DNA of 27,068 bases, from NCBI GenBank assembly GCA_041736305.1, contig JBGSTX010000220.1, forward strand, positions 1 through 27,068, read 5' to 3'. Position numbers and translations under genes: made by a program. Below, piece by piece: positions 1 to 8,421 of this stretch. Origin of the DNA: Oligoflexus sp. GTDB lineage: Bacteria; Bdellovibrionota_B; Oligoflexia; Oligoflexales; Oligoflexaceae. A model generated the notes under the pieces. The model was not told where the DNA came from, searched no databases, and saw only the letters and a program-made list of their open reading frames with translations. Position 1 is the first letter of the stretch. Each line of letters opens with the position of its first letter.

Positions 1-249
1 CTGATGCCCAAGACAGACGCCGAGGATGGGGATTTTACCCGCATAGGTCCTGATCGTGTCGAGGGTAATCCCCGCCTCATCCGGATTGCCCGGCCCTGGC
101 GATATCACGATTGACTCGGGTTTGAGTTTGCCAATAGCCTCAAGCTCGATAGCATCGTTGCGAACGACTTTAACTTTGGCCCCGAGCTGGCTCAGGTACT
201 GAAAGATATTGTAGGTAAAAGAGTCATAATTATCGATGAGTAGAATCAC
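1..249 (-). CDS. trpG: Anthranilate synthase component II (glutamine amidotransferase), 5' part; runs off the window
   Basis: Manual translation from GTG at 249: [19 protein letters not shown]...ISPGPGNP...[10 protein letters not shown], which are class I GATase motifs. GTGA overlap with the trpE stop. Confidence 0.95.
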   Translation of the reverse strand, partial: MILLIDNYDSFTYNIFQYLSQLGAKVKVVRNDAIELEAIGKLKPESIVISPGPGNPDEAGITLDTIRTYAGKIPILGVCLGHQ

Positions 250-1763
250 GTGGCCCCTCCCGATAGCTGCTGGGCTACAGCTACTGCGGTCCGCACGACT
301 TTCGCTTTGTTCAAGACCTCTTCATATTCTTTCTCGGGCTTCGAATCAGCGACGATTCCCGCACCGGCCTGCGCATACCCGTAACCGTCGCGCAGATAAA
401 GACTGCGAATCGTAATGCAGGTATTCAGATCGCCTGCAAAATCTTTACAGACGATAGCCCCGCCGTAGGGTCCCCTTTGCACTCCTTCGAGCCCAGCAAT
501 AATTTGCATAGCCTTGACTTTCGGGGCTCCCGAGAGGGTTCCCGCTGGAAAGCAGGCAGCCAGGGCATCCCAGGGTCGAAGATTGGAGCGCAGCTTACCT
601 TCCACCCGACTGACCAGATGCATGACGTGCGAGTAGCGTTCGATATGCATGAAACTCTTTACTTCCACCGAACCTGCTTTAGCTACGCGTCCAATGTCGT
701 TGCGTCCGAGATCGACCAGCATGAGATGCTCGGCCTTCTCTTTGACACTTGCGAAGAGGTCCCGCTCAAACTTGGCATCTTCTGCAGCGTCGCGACCTCG
801 CGGTCTGGTTCCTGCGATGGGAGATGTCTCAATCGTTCGCCCCTCTGAACGGACCAGCATCTCCGGCGAAGCACCGAGTAGCGTTTCATCCGCAAAACTA
901 AGGTGAAAAAGGTAGGGCGATGGGTTGATCATCCGCAGGATTCGGTAGATGGTCAGCGAATCGGCAGATACGGGAAAACGAAAGCGATCAGAGAGTACGC
1001 ACTGAAAAATATCGCCGCGGCGAATATGATTCTTAATAGTCTGCACGCCCTTGATGAAGGCTTCTTCCCCTAGCGTGGCCTCGGCAGCGACAGGCGCGAT
1101 ATTCTTAATCATGTCGAAGGAGAGATCGAGCAGTTCTTCGTTAGCAGCGGCGTGAGGTCGACTCAGACGTTCTTTAATTGACTTGAGACGGAGCCGAGCC
1201 GCGGCATAGGCAGCGTCGAGAGAAGTACCTTCGATATCGATCAGCTGGACTATGAAGAGGCGGTGTTTGAGACGATCGAACGCCAGTATCGTTTTGAAAT
1301 ACATAAAATGTGCGGCATGCGGACTGTAGCTCTCTCGTACCTCGGGAATTTTTTCGAGATAACGAACCATATCGTAGGAAACGTAGCCGATGGCACCGGA
1401 AACAAAGGGCGGCATCCCAGCGAGTCGCGGACAACGGTAGCGATCGAGGGCTTGGCCTATCGATTCAAAACTACAGGGCACCGTTTCCGTAAAATTCTTC
1501 TCAAAATGGGTGAATTTCTGCTCGGCCCCCGTGCAGGTGAGGGAGGCAAAGGGATCAATTCCAAGATAGGAGTAGCGACCGACTGTCTCGCCACCATCGG
1601 CAGATTCGAGGAGAAAGCTTTGGCTGGATCCGCTGGCGCGGAGACGAAGGAAGGCATTGACGGGAGTCAGCGTGTCGGCCGGCAGCTCGATAGCGACCGG
1701 TATCAACGTATACCCCTCCGATGCCAAACCCTCGACTTCCTTGAGGTTTGGATAGATGTTCAC
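246..1763 (-). CDS. trpE: Anthranilate synthase component I
   Basis: Motifs [56 protein letters not shown] and QAGAGIV. The start is moved from 1838 to GTG 1763 because a GGAG SD lies at 1769-1772. Confidence 0.95.
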   Translation of the reverse strand: MNIYPNLKEVEGLASEGYTLIPVAIELPADTLTPVNAFLRLRASGSSQSFLLESADGGETVGRYSYLGIDPFASLTCTGAEQKFTHFEKNFTETVPCSFESIGQALDRYRCPRLAGMPPFVSGAIGYVSYDMVRYLEKIPEVRESYSPHAAHFMYFKTILAFDRLKHRLFIVQLIDIEGTSLDAAYAAARLRLKSIKERLSRPHAAANEELLDLSFDMIKNIAPVAAEATLGEEAFIKGVQTIKNHIRRGDIFQCVLSDRFRFPVSADSLTIYRILRMINPSPYLFHLSFADETLLGASPEMLVRSEGRTIETSPIAGTRPRGRDAAEDAKFERDLFASVKEKAEHLMLVDLGRNDIGRVAKAGSVEVKSFMHIERYSHVMHLVSRVEGKLRSNLRPWDALAACFPAGTLSGAPKVKAMQIIAGLEGVQRGPYGGAIVCKDFAGDLNTCITIRSLYLRDGYGYAQAGAGIVADSKPEKEYEEVLNKAKVVRTAVAVAQQLSGGAT

Positions 1764-1962
1764 GATTTCTCCAGAGCTTAGATTCCAATTTCGTAGAGTC
1801 CTCATTGCCTCGCAAAGCTGCCCGAGGCGCGCAGGCACCCGGGCTCGCCTGAAGATGATAGAAAATTGACTCTGATATTGCTATGCAGATCCCGAAGCTG
1901 GCTGAAAATCGTAAGAGCTAGTGAGCGCAGTCTCTCAACAGAGTGATGCAGATCTGCGACTC

Positions 1963-4398
1963 TCAAAAATTCCTATCAGCCGAGATTTGCCCAGAAGCGC
2001 GTTCCGCTTTGCGCAAGGCGAACACCACGCGACTGTCGTCAGGATCGCTGCGTAATGCCACTTTAAAATGGCGGATTGCTTCCCCATTGCGCTGCTGCTT
2101 CAAAAACCAGAGACCTAAACGGTAGTGTGCATCGAGATGATCAGGTTTGATGCGCAGTGCGTTGTAGTATTCGGCCATCGCTTCGGCTTCTTTGCCTTGC
2201 CAGCGGGCTATATCGCCCAAGACGTAGTGCGGATCGGCCTGCGCGGCTTTGAGGCTGAGGCTCTTTCTGAGTACTTCATTCGCATCCTTAAAGCGCTTTT
2301 GCTGAAAGTAAACGGTTCCTTGCGCGGTCAATACTTCAGGCCAGTCAGGCTTAATTTGTAGGGCCCGGTCGAAGTAAGTGAGGGCCTTATCGTATTCCTT
2401 GGCGTGAACGAGAATAGTCCCGAGATTCCTAAAGAGCTGCGGATCGGATGGGTTGCTCTTGATAGCTGTCTCGTAGTGCGGACGGGCCTGCGCGTAGAGG
2501 TCCTGGTCAAAGTAGATATCGCCCAGTATACGGTTGGCATCCGGGTGATTGGGGTCGAGTTTAACGGCTGTTTCCAGGTGTGATTGAGCCGCCTGGGGTT
2601 GCTGCGTCCGCATCATCGCCAAACCGATCAGAGCGTGCGAATGAGCCTGTTCGGTGGGATTTCCGTCCCCAGCGAGGCGGAGGGCCTTCATGAGGAAAGT
2701 AATTCCCTCTACGTACTGCTCGCGGCGAACGTAGAGCATCCCGAGATAACGCAAGTTCTTCGGGTCGTCTGGCTCGAGATCGGCGGCTTTTTGCAGATGC
2801 GGGAGAGCTTTGTTGTAGGCGCTCTGATTATAGTAGGCTAGTCCGAGTCGACTATGAGCTTCTTTAAAGTTGGGATCCAAACTCAGCGTCTTCTCGAAAA
2901 GTTCAGCCGCTTTCTCGGGAGTTCCATGCTGCTGCTCTATTTCGCCCAAGTAAAAGTAAATTTCAGGATCTACCTGCGTGACGGCAAGGACTTGCTGGTA
3001 ATGCTCCCGCGCCTTCTCCCAGTTGCCTTCCCGACGGAAGGTATTGGCCATAGTCGCATGAACGATCGGGCTATTGGGATTTACTTGGACTGCATGTTGC
3101 CAGAGGGAATCATCGTTCTGCCAGTAGCGCACGTTGATGAAAGTAAGGTAACCGCAGGCAGCGATCAGCAGCACAAAAAGGGCTGGTAACCAAGAACGCC
3201 GACTCATCGCCACCGTTCCGGCAAGGGCCAGCGAGGGGCCTAGCATCGCAAAATAGGCGAAAGAGTTGGCGACCGTCGAGGTGCCCTGCTCAGGGAAGAC
3301 TACTAGGCCCAGGTAAGGCAGCAAGGCAGCTGCGAAAACGCCGAAGGCTGCCGCATAAATACCCCTTAATTTGCCGTAGCCGTAGGTCATGACCGCAAAC
3401 AATACCAGGGGTATAAGCCAGGTGATATAACCCCACCAGTGCGCCTGGAGATAGGACGGGGAGCGTCCGTAATCGGGCCCCATCAGCACGGGTGCAATGA
3501 GTTTGGCGATATAGAACATAAAAGCATCGCCCGCAACGAAGGGGCGGAACCAGAGGGCAACGCTCCCACCGAGACCCTGACTGTGATTGACGCCAAGAGC
3601 CCAGACGACGGGCGGAATCGCAAAAACGATCCAGAGAACCAGTGGCCAGGTAGGCATCCGGCTTGCCATCAAGGAACTGCGCTTGGGAACGATGCTGCGC
3701 AGAATTAGCGCTATGATAGGCATAACAGCGACGACCGGCGTGGTGAGCAGTCCAAGGATGAAGGCTACACTGCCGACCTGGACGTGCCGACGACCGGAGC
3801 TTCGCGTTTGATGGGAGCGATGTTCGCAGTAGACGAGGTACTGCCACAAGGCAATGAGTGCAAAAAAGGTCGCTAGAACGTATTTAGTTGCCGCGATATA
3901 AGCGACCGGCTCGACTTGAATCGGATGCAAAGCAAAGAGCATGGCCCCCACCAGGGCGGCGCCACTGCTCTGCAGGACGAGACTGAGAACGAGCATGACG
4001 AGGATGCTGCTGGCTATGTGCAGGCCGAAGCTGAGCCAATGCAGGGTACGTGGACTCATCCCCTTTTGTGGAGCGATGGTCCGGAGCCCCGTCCACACGG
4101 TTTTAGTAAGCGGCTGATAGGCTTCGCCGGCTTTGATGCGCCAAGCTTCTTTGAGAGCCGACTGGGCGTCGGCTTCCTGGGGTTGGTCGGCGACATCGAC
4201 GAGGCCGAGGGTCCGTCGATCGTCCCATACAAAATCGGCCTGACGTAATCCCGAGAATGCCGTGGCGCTAGCCACCGCTAAGAGCAAGGCATAAAGTATT
4301 TTTTCCAAAACGAGGCTCCTTTGCCGGGACGAGTCGCACGCCGGAACAAGAGATGGACCTGAATTAGCTTCATTACCTTTGCCTCGCAAAGAAATCAA
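1963..4398 (-). CDS. TMTC-like multi-pass membrane protein with C-terminal TPR array (putative GT-C protein O-glycosyltransferase)
   Basis: FVWDD after TM1, YQPLT, LFALHPIQVEPVAYIA, about 11 hydrophobic segments, WQNDDSLW, then about 10 TPR-like repeats. Start codon uncertain. Confidence 0.8.
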   Translation of the reverse strand: MISLRGKGNEANSGPSLVPACDSSRQRSLVLEKILYALLLAVASATAFSGLRQADFVWDDRRTLGLVDVADQPQEADAQSALKEAWRIKAGEAYQPLTKTVWTGLRTIAPQKGMSPRTLHWLSFGLHIASSILVMLVLSLVLQSSGAALVGAMLFALHPIQVEPVAYIAATKYVLATFFALIALWQYLVYCEHRSHQTRSSGRRHVQVGSVAFILGLLTTPVVAVMPIIALILRSIVPKRSSLMASRMPTWPLVLWIVFAIPPVVWALGVNHSQGLGGSVALWFRPFVAGDAFMFYIAKLIAPVLMGPDYGRSPSYLQAHWWGYITWLIPLVLFAVMTYGYGKLRGIYAAAFGVFAAALLPYLGLVVFPEQGTSTVANSFAYFAMLGPSLALAGTVAMSRRSWLPALFVLLIAACGYLTFINVRYWQNDDSLWQHAVQVNPNSPIVHATMANTFRREGNWEKAREHYQQVLAVTQVDPEIYFYLGEIEQQHGTPEKAAELFEKTLSLDPNFKEAHSRLGLAYYNQSAYNKALPHLQKAADLEPDDPKNLRYLGMLYVRREQYVEGITFLMKALRLAGDGNPTEQAHSHALIGLAMMRTQQPQAAQSHLETAVKLDPNHPDANRILGDIYFDQDLYAQARPHYETAIKSNPSDPQLFRNLGTILVHAKEYDKALTYFDRALQIKPDWPEVLTAQGTVYFQQKRFKDANEVLRKSLSLKAAQADPHYVLGDIARWQGKEAEAMAEYYNALRIKPDHLDAHYRLGLWFLKQQRNGEAIRHFKVALRSDPDDSRVVFALRKAERASGQISADRNF

Positions 4399-4476
4399 CG
4401 GTAAGCGGCCAAGCTAACCGCCCAGACTTGGCTGGGAAAACGCTCAAACAGAAGCAGCTCAAGGCTTCGCCGATCG

Positions 4477-4492
4477 CGTGAAATCTCTCACG
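4477..4492. promoter_or_regulatory. CRP/FNR-family-like palindrome CGTGA-N6-TCACG
   Basis: Perfect 5-bp inverted repeat with a 6-bp spacer, about 80 bp upstream of the TPR gene. It overlaps a minus-strand TTGACG (4491-4496). Confidence 0.35.
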
Positions 4493-4521
4493 TCAAATGT
4501 CGTTTGGGCAGGGTCAGCTTT

Positions 4522-4564
4522 AAAAACAAGAAAAGCCTGTCAGCCATGCGGCATGACAGGCTTT
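4522..4564 (-). terminator. Intrinsic terminator after lipoprotein C
   Basis: Minus strand reads AAAGCCTGTCA-TGCCGCATGGC-TGACAGGCTTT followed by TCTTGTTTTT. Confidence 0.85.
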
Positions 4565-4582
4565 GCGCTTGAGGCTTTTGCT

Positions 4583-5398
4583 TCAGCGACAGTCGCCCTC
4601 ATAAGAAGCTTCGGCGGCGACGAAGGCCGCGACGATAGATCCAATTTCACAGGAAAGGCTCTTGATGCATGCGGGTGAGAGTGCCGCTGCTGAGACACCA
4701 AGCTGACAGGCTTGGGCAGCTGGAACTGCACAGGCCGCTGCGACCATTGCACCGAAGGCTTCCGACTTGCGCGCTGCGCTACAATCGACCGTAGGCTCTT
4801 CGTCAGGCTTCTTGGCCTCATTTTTTTCACCGTCTTTGGCGCCGCCTTCGGCGCGACCTTTTACGGCGATGAGTTCGAGACCGGTATCGAGATCCTGATT
4901 AAATTCATCGTCCTGAGTACCCTGGTAAAACACTGCCAGCCCTCGATCGAGGAGTTTCTCTCGCAACTCAAGAATCTCACTGATCTGGCCCGAGTCGATC
5001 GTAGCTCCCACGGCAATATCGGGATCTTCACTGGCGTCTTCTATCAAGACGCGCATAGGAATGTCGCCGAAAAGTTCGCCTTCGCCGTCTTCGACTCTGA
5101 TCTGCAGGTCTTCTTCGACGTCTTGGAGATAAGCACCTTCATAATCGATGCGCTCATTGCGTATAGTAGATTGAACGCGATTATAAACGAGAAGCAGTTG
5201 CTCATAGAGAGTTCGTCCGAGAAAAGCTTGACCTGGATCAACTCCGGATCCCGAACTAAGTTCGTCGATACTAGGTGCTGGGACCTCAGTATTCTTGCTG
5301 AGACGGCTCTTGAAAAAGCCGGCTTTCGAGCAGCCCTGTATGCTTAGCGTTGAGAGTATGAAGAGGAAGACTATCCTCTGACTAAATATGAGTTTCAT
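4583..5398 (-). CDS. Predicted lipoprotein C: acidic N-domain plus 6-Cys, Ala-rich C-terminal segment
   Basis: ATG 5398 follows a GAGGGGG SD. Signal MKLIFSQRIVFLFILSTLSIQG-C. Shows similarity to lipoproteins A and B. Confidence 0.8.
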   Translation of the reverse strand: MKLIFSQRIVFLFILSTLSIQGCSKAGFFKSRLSKNTEVPAPSIDELSSGSGVDPGQAFLGRTLYEQLLLVYNRVQSTIRNERIDYEGAYLQDVEEDLQIRVEDGEGELFGDIPMRVLIEDASEDPDIAVGATIDSGQISEILELREKLLDRGLAVFYQGTQDDEFNQDLDTGLELIAVKGRAEGGAKDGEKNEAKKPDEEPTVDCSAARKSEAFGAMVAAACAVPAAQACQLGVSAAALSPACIKSLSCEIGSIVAAFVAAEASYEGDCR

Positions 5399-5468
5399 GG
5401 GAGCCCCCTCTAGTGCTTCTATCATCCGGTTCACTCGATAGACCGGCTATGGAAGAATATTTTCTCCC

Positions 5469-5496
5469 TTATCGGCAAATCGAGCCAAAAACTTTT
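5469..5496 (-). promoter_or_regulatory. sigma28 (FliA)-type promoter for lipoprotein C
   Basis: Minus strand AAAAGTTTTTGGCTCGATTT-GCCGATAA. Confidence 0.8.
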
Positions 5497-5685
5497 GCTT
5501 AGCTTCTAAGTACGTGATTCTTGAGCATAGCCTGCTGGAGAATTAGCGCTATGGGGCTTCGTTCTTAATTAGATAAAGCGTCCCCCTGCTTTCGTTTTCT
5601 AACCCAAATCCTACCGAAAATATGGAAATCCACCTTTTCTGACCCAGCTTAAGTCTTTGAAATGAGACAATTCATACGGAATTTC

Positions 5686-5712
5686 TAAAGTTTTTCCAAT
5701 TCTTGCCGATAA
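5686..5712 (+). promoter_or_regulatory. sigma28 (FliA)-type promoter upstream of lipoprotein A
   Basis: TAAA-N15-GCCGATAA, an exact consensus including the extended TAAAGTTT. Confidence 0.9.
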
Positions 5713-5970
5713 GGTAAATAAGCAATGCATGATAGGTAAGATTAGAGAAACAGACCGCAAGCGCCAGTTTAATTATTGGCTCCCGGATTACTTCTGGCCT
5801 TATCTCATCATGCAGAAAATTCGCTAAAAAGCTTAGAAACACTGTGAAATCCAACAAGGAGGAGTCTATCGTTTCGAAGTTCCGTCGTATTTTTGGCTTT
5901 TAGTTCTCTGTTCTCGTTTTTGGTTTTTATACTTTATTTTTGCAGCACAACACCTAGAGAGGGTACAGTC

Positions 5971-6978
5971 ATGAAAGTTAGTAAGTCGATCGTTCTTGGT
6001 CTCGCCGTAATGTTCGTCAGCACAGCATGTTCTTCAAAGCAAAGCGATTTCACCAGTGGCAAAGCTAAGACTCGGGTTCTCAAATCCGAAGACAGCGCAG
6101 CCGCAAAGGTCGAGATCGAAAAGATGGAAGGATTCGAAGCAAGCTACGCTAAGGCAGCAGAAGATTACCTCAATACCAGCTATTCAGATTACATGGCTGA
6201 TATGGTTAGCAAGGTAGAGAAGCACCTGGGTTCAGACACTATCGAAGTCGATGGAGTCACTATCGACGACCCGAGCGCACTTGTTGCTGACTTGGCAGAT
6301 CTTATGGCTTCTAGCGATAACATGTATGAAACCCCACGTGAATATTTGGAGGACATGGAAAGCTCTGTCGACACCACGAACTACCAAGAAGTTAAGGAAT
6401 ATTTGGCCTCAGAAAAAGACGCACTTACTGAAGTCAAAGAAGTTTTTGCCGAAGTTGATTTTGCTAACTTCAAAATCGTCGGCGAAGGCTCCTCAGAATC
6501 CTCAGAAGAAAGTAGCCAAGAATCTTTCTCTCTAGTCTGCGGTACAGCAGTTTCAACTCCTTACGGTAGTGCAACAACAACTGTTTCAGCAAGTGCTTCT
6601 AATGATGGTACTAATTGCACTACCGCCACTTCTGCTCCAGCTGCTGCCAAGCCTGTAGCTAGTACTGTCGCTGCTCAGGCTGCTGTTACTAAGAAGAAGA
6701 CAGCAACAGCAACAGCAGCGGCTCCCGCTACCCCGGTTACTCCCCAGAACATCGCAGCTTCCCAAACTTTGGTTCAGAATGCTCAGCCACTCGCGATCAA
6801 CGGTGAAAATGCATCGAATTACGCCTCCGCTGCTGTCGACGGAATCAGCAAATACATTACCACCAATGGTGTAAATGCCCAAGCTCAGTCAATGCAAGGA
6901 AACGTCGACCAAATCGTCAGCTTAGGCCTTTCGGATGCCTTGCTCGACCTTTCAATGCTTGGTATCATGCTTCGCTAA
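5971..6978 (+). CDS. Predicted lipoprotein A: acidic N-domain, Thr/Ala-rich linker, hydrophobic C-terminus
   Basis: ATG 5971 follows a GAGAGGG SD. Signal MKVSKSIVLGLAVMFVSTA-C. The ORF-track start at 5893 is unlikely. Confidence 0.85.
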   Translation: MKVSKSIVLGLAVMFVSTACSSKQSDFTSGKAKTRVLKSEDSAAAKVEIEKMEGFEASYAKAAEDYLNTSYSDYMADMVSKVEKHLGSDTIEVDGVTIDDPSALVADLADLMASSDNMYETPREYLEDMESSVDTTNYQEVKEYLASEKDALTEVKEVFAEVDFANFKIVGEGSSESSEESSQESFSLVCGTAVSTPYGSATTTVSASASNDGTNCTTATSAPAAAKPVASTVAAQAAVTKKKTATATAAAPATPVTPQNIAASQTLVQNAQPLAINGENASNYASAAVDGISKYITTNGVNAQAQSMQGNVDQIVSLGLSDALLDLSMLGIMLR

Positions 6979-7040
6979 TTTCAAGGCAAGTACTAAGAAT
7001 CGAGGGGCTGTATAGGCCCCGAAGATTCAGTCAGCAAAGG

Positions 7041-7077
7041 ACACAGATCGCCGCTTCCAAGCGGGATCTGTGTTTTT
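7041..7077 (+). terminator. Intrinsic terminator after lipoprotein A
   Basis: ACACAGATC-G-CCGCTT-CC-AAGCGG-GATCTGTGT-TTTT. A smaller GGGGC...GCCCC hairpin precedes it at about 7004-7020. Confidence 0.85.
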
Positions 7078-7169
7078 CAATTACGATCTCCATCAAGTTC
7101 AGCGTCACCCTGCTATCCCATAAAACTCCTCTACATTTTTCCAAAAGCTCCAGATACTCCAATTTCTCC

Positions 7170-7196
7170 TAAAGTTTTTCCGAAATTTGCCGATAA
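7170..7196 (+). promoter_or_regulatory. sigma28 (FliA)-type promoter for lipoprotein B
   Basis: TAAAGTTTTTCCGAAATTT-GCCGATAA (TAAA-N15-GCCGATAA). Confidence 0.9.
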
Positions 7197-7254
7197 GAGA
7201 TTTATAAAATATATAGATGCAATCATAAGATCACAAACTTTAGAGGGAAGCTTT

Positions 7255-8286
7255 ATGAAAACTCAGTTTAAGACTTACTTAGGTTCGTCTTGTATCAGCC
7301 TCAGTCTCCTGATGTCCACTGCGTGCAGCAAGCCGTCTGATTCTGGATTCCAAGGTCAGGCTAAGCGTGCAAAGATCGAAGTCAATAGCGAGGCTCTATT
7401 CGATACCAATGCTGACCAGGCTATCAAAGACAGATATGCAATCGAAATTCAGACTGTTTTGGATACTACTCAAGAAGTATTCATCAAAGACACTCAGAAG
7501 AAAATTGCCGCCACAGTCGGTGACGATACCTTAGAATATGATGGTTTTGAATACGCCTATCTTGAGACTTCAGTAGGCTTTCTTAGCGACCTTCTTGAAT
7601 GGAGCGAATCCGTCAGTCCTGATATGACTCTCCGCGAACAGCTAGAGGATTTGGGTGAAGACGTATCAGTCCTAGAGAATTACGACACAGCTATAGCATA
7701 CGCAAAAGACCTTTCTGACAATTCACTAGTTCCAGAAATGCAGGGTCTGTATCCACCGACTGATCCCGAATCACTTGAGGAATGGGGTTCAATCTTTGAG
7801 TCTGAGGACCAAGGAGGATCAGCAGCTGAGTTTAGCCTTTTGCAGAACCCGCTCCCGCAAAGAGCTCCAGTCCCACCAAAAGACTGCGGTAGCCATACTC
7901 GGGTATTAGAAGGAGGCGTCTGCAGAGACAAGACAGCTGCCGAATTTGCTAGTGGTGCGGCTTCTGGAGAAGCGAAGTCTCAAAAAGCCTTTAACCAAGA
8001 ATTGATCAAGAAAGGGACCGCAGAAAAAACGACTCTTTACGCTGTTATCGAATCAAAGCAACAAGGTTTAGACTGGCACGCAGGTCAGATGGATATGATG
8101 TACAACAAATACAAGGATACAAATCCTGAGACTGCCCAGAGCTATTTTAATCAAGCAGCAAAGTTTCGCCAAGATGCTGATTATGCTTTAGGAGCGGAGC
8201 TGGGTAACGCCGCCCAGGTCGTAACCCTTTGGGGCTTAGGTGAAATAAATGATATATTTGGCAAGTACATGAATCTATCCAAGTAA
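7255..8286 (+). CDS. Predicted lipoprotein B, paralog of A
   Basis: GAGGG SD and signal ending SLLMSTA-C. Shares G.DT.E.DG, RE.LED, NY and FSL motifs with A. Confidence 0.85.
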   Translation: MKTQFKTYLGSSCISLSLLMSTACSKPSDSGFQGQAKRAKIEVNSEALFDTNADQAIKDRYAIEIQTVLDTTQEVFIKDTQKKIAATVGDDTLEYDGFEYAYLETSVGFLSDLLEWSESVSPDMTLREQLEDLGEDVSVLENYDTAIAYAKDLSDNSLVPEMQGLYPPTDPESLEEWGSIFESEDQGGSAAEFSLLQNPLPQRAPVPPKDCGSHTRVLEGGVCRDKTAAEFASGAASGEAKSQKAFNQELIKKGTAEKTTLYAVIESKQQGLDWHAGQMDMMYNKYKDTNPETAQSYFNQAAKFRQDADYALGAELGNAAQVVTLWGLGEINDIFGKYMNLSK

Positions 8287-8303
8287 GGTTTAGTCCTAGA
8301 GAG

Positions 8304-8344
8304 AAATCCGCTCCCTGCAAAATGCACGGGGCGGATTTTTTTTT
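8304..8344 (+). terminator. Intrinsic terminator after lipoprotein B
   Basis: AAATCCGC-TCCCTGCAAAATGCACGGG-GCGGATTT followed by a long T run. Confidence 0.85.
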
Positions 8345-8368
8345 GTTCATTGGCAACAACAATCCTAT

Positions 8369-8396
8369 TCAAGTTTTTTACAATTCTTACCGATAA
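8369..8396 (+). promoter_or_regulatory. sigma28 (FliA)-type promoter for lipoprotein D
   Basis: TCAAGTTTTTTACAATTCTT-ACCGATAA. The spacer closely resembles the 5686 copy (CAATTCTT). Confidence 0.75.
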
Positions 8397-8421
8397 GAGT
8401 TAAAATACTGGAGGAATAGCA

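Noticed and set aside
1764-1962. trp attenuator or leader peptide upstream of trpE
   Set aside because: No tandem Trp codons and no U-tailed terminator. Only a GC hairpin (~1820-1844) and an in-frame upstream ATG with a single Trp codon are present.
4712-5347. 211-aa plus-strand ORF and the many other short overlapping ORFs in the track
   Set aside because: These are antisense or alternate-frame shadows of well-supported genes, without motifs or SD support.
5672-5857. 61-aa hydrophobic minus-strand ORF
   Set aside because: TTG start in AT-rich intergenic DNA, no SD, and it runs antisense across the sigma28 promoter.
6490-6725. Short tandem repeats (TCCTCAGAA x2; ACAGCA x3)
   Set aside because: They simply encode low-complexity Ser/Glu and Thr/Ala linkers in lipoprotein A.
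5469-8396. Recurring ~28-bp motif read as CRISPR repeats or integron attC sites
   Set aside because: The copies are degenerate, non-palindromic, spaced by whole genes and present on both strands. They match the sigma28 consensus, and there is no cas or integrase gene.
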